From: Phoronis australis
Lineage: Eukaryota; Animalia; Phoronida
DNA: 64,000 nucleotides
Assembly (NCBI GenBank): GCA_002633005.1
Contig: NMRA01000292.1
Location: 406,815-470,814, forward strand
Reading direction: 5' to 3'
A model generated the notes under the pieces. The model was not told the DNA's origin. It saw nothing but the letters and a program-made list of their open reading frames with translations, and ran no database searches. Below are positions 61,883 through 64,000 of the stretch, in pieces. Within the stretch, counting starts at the first letter, position 1. Every line of letters starts with the position of its first letter. The translations under genes were made by a program, and so were the position numbers.

Positions 61883-64000
61883 TAGACCGGGATCCCAGAG
61901 CTTTTTTGGGCATGAAAAGGTAACCAATTTTCTTTGGTGCCACAGTGCCCTGTGGGTATCCTGATGCTTGGAAAAGGCCGTCTGGCAGGTTCGCTCTGGT
62001 GGGTGTGGTCAGGGGAGCCAAGAGAATTACACTCAAAAATTGAGCTAGATCAACTTTTCTGGTAACCACTTAAAACTGCTTTCGATACCTGCTACGTCAT
62101 CCATTGTATCAAAATTGGTCACTGCCAGACAATTTCGGTGGTGGGGAGTACCCGCCAGACGAACATATACAGGGTACAAAAATTGAGCTAGATCAACATA
62201 AGAGGTAACCGCTTGAAACCAGTCGCAAAATATTCACCGTAAGCCCAGGTATCACGAATGAGCACTGCCAGACAAATCTAGTGGTGGGTTACCCCCGCCA
62301 GACACGCCTAAATACCTGAATTGAGCTAGATCAACCCATCAGGTATCCGTATGAAACCAATTGCACGATGTTCGGCATCACTGAACATGGCACAACAGTT
62401 AGATGCCAGACAATTTCAGTGGTGGGGTGCCCCTGTCAGACGATTATCAAAAAGGGTTAAAAATTGAGCTAGATCAACCCAAGAGGTAACCGCCTAAAAC
62501 CAGTTCCAAAATATTCACCGTAAGCCAAGGTATCGCGAATAAACACTGCCAGACAAATCTAGTGGTGGGTTAGCCCCGCCAGACACGTCCAAATACATGA
62601 ATTGAGCTAGATCAATCCAAGAGGTAACCGCATGAAACCAGTTGCAAAATATTCGCCGTAAGCCCAGGTATTAAGAATAAATTCTGCCAGACAAATCTAG
62701 TGGTGGATTATCCACGCCAGACACGCCAAAGTACCTGAGTTGAGCTAGATCAACCCGCCACGTAACCGCTTGAAACCATTTGCATAATGTAGAGCAACAT
62801 TCTGCATGCAACAAAAGATACTTTACAGACGTTTTTAGCGGTGGGGCAGTAGCGTGCAGAGGTTTGATCGATGTAGGGGCNNNNNNNNNNNNNNNNNNNN
62901 NNNNNNNNNNNNNNNNNNNNNNNNNNNNNNNNNNTGAGTGATTACACCTCATTGCATACTCAGACGGAAATATGAAGTCTAGTTGGCGAATGACTTAACA
63001 AAATTGTATATCTGGTTGTATTTTAGCGTGTTACTTAAGTTGCTTACATAGCTGGAAATCGGGACATCCCACTATTTCGAAAGTTTACTACTCGGAAGGT
63101 TCACTGACTTTTCCGAAGGTTCACTACTTCAACGATTCACCACTCCGAAGATTCACCGCTCCAAACATATCTAAACTTTCAGACTCAGATGTGATTTTTG
63201 AACTTTTGAATGCTAAAATAAACGATATTTCGGCTATTAGATGCACCTATACCGGAAACAACGCCCGGGCACTAAAACACTTTGGGTTTTATGTAGACAG
63301 TGACCACCGTCTCCAGCTGGCCAGCACAACTAGAAACGGCAGTCAGATTTCATGCGCATGTGAAATTGCCCGCATGTCTTAAAATGAGTACGCCCTTGAA
63401 TTTTAAAATGATATGAAGTAGGAATACTGATGAATCATCAGCCATGACACAATTCACCAAATTCATGTCAAGATCGAATCGCAGCGCGACGCACACGGCC
63501 GGGTCGAAACTAAATGAAGTTACTAGGCCACCCTGTCCCGGCCAGTCCTCATGAAGTCGGGGAGTCTCATTTAGTCTTCTTAGATTTGAAACCGCCGTTG
63601 GTCGCCGCAGCCGTGCCCCAGATGTTGTCTCTGCTTGAGAATGAGTCGTGATCACACAACCAAAATAGTGAACTGTCGGAATTCTGGGCCTATAGTCTCG
63701 AATCTTTTTACTCGAAATGGAACTCGAAATAATGTTTGGCATTTTTTAATCTACTTTTGTGCGAACTCAAGATAAGTGTCCATTACTCAATGCTCGAATA
63801 CACAATGGCTTACGTGGATGATCGATTAGTCATATTTTGCAGTTGACAAAACCAACAATAAAGCTAAAAGTTTGAGTTTAAACTCGAAATTTCGAGTTTT
63901 TACTCATGCACATATGGGTTTTTAAGTGCAAACTTGGACTAGAAACTCATATGCGTGAACTATAATTATTCGAGCACAATTTGATAACCACTTATCTTGA
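61883..64000. mobile_element. Copy 2 (inverted, runs off window) of the long-TIR composite element
   Basis: Starts TAGACCGGGATCCCAGAGC at 61883 and is the reverse complement of ~2633-5207. Includes the nested MULE-like element (from 63061) and MITE A (from 63687). N gap at 62881-62934. Confidence 0.92.

Overview
Eukaryotic, AT-rich, intron-containing animal (invertebrate-like) scaffold with four N-gaps. I find no prokaryotic operons, rRNA, intact tRNA or CRISPR. I reconstructed two minus-strand host genes by hand from GT-AG junctions with consistent phases. (1) A complete 9-exon gene (37114->5973, 1881 nt, 626 aa) encoding a secreted protein made of a signal peptide and five SRCR domains; domains 1 and 5 have each lost the C2-C7 cysteine pair. 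(2) The last seven coding exons of an SLC22 / organic-cation-transporter-like MFS gene (61020->47591). Most other recognisable sequence is transposon-derived. It includes a 5.15-kb non-autonomous TAG...CTA element (ATTA TSD, long satellite-like TIRs) that carries two nested elements and has a second, inverted copy at the right end; three Kolobok (THAP/KolX) relics in consecutive SRCR introns; a Gmr1-like LTR retrotransposon (PR-IN-RT-RH order) nested in the LTR of a Mag-like element; three Penelope-like relics; two maT/DD37D Tc1/mariner relics; an Academ transposase fragment; MITEs; and a 198-bp higher-order microsatellite. Two dead RT genes carry apparent in-frame 6-bp insertions that create TACATGTA or TAGGCCTA and look like DNA-transposon excision footprints. 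I found no convincing novel multi-gene system; the best leads are listed under findings.
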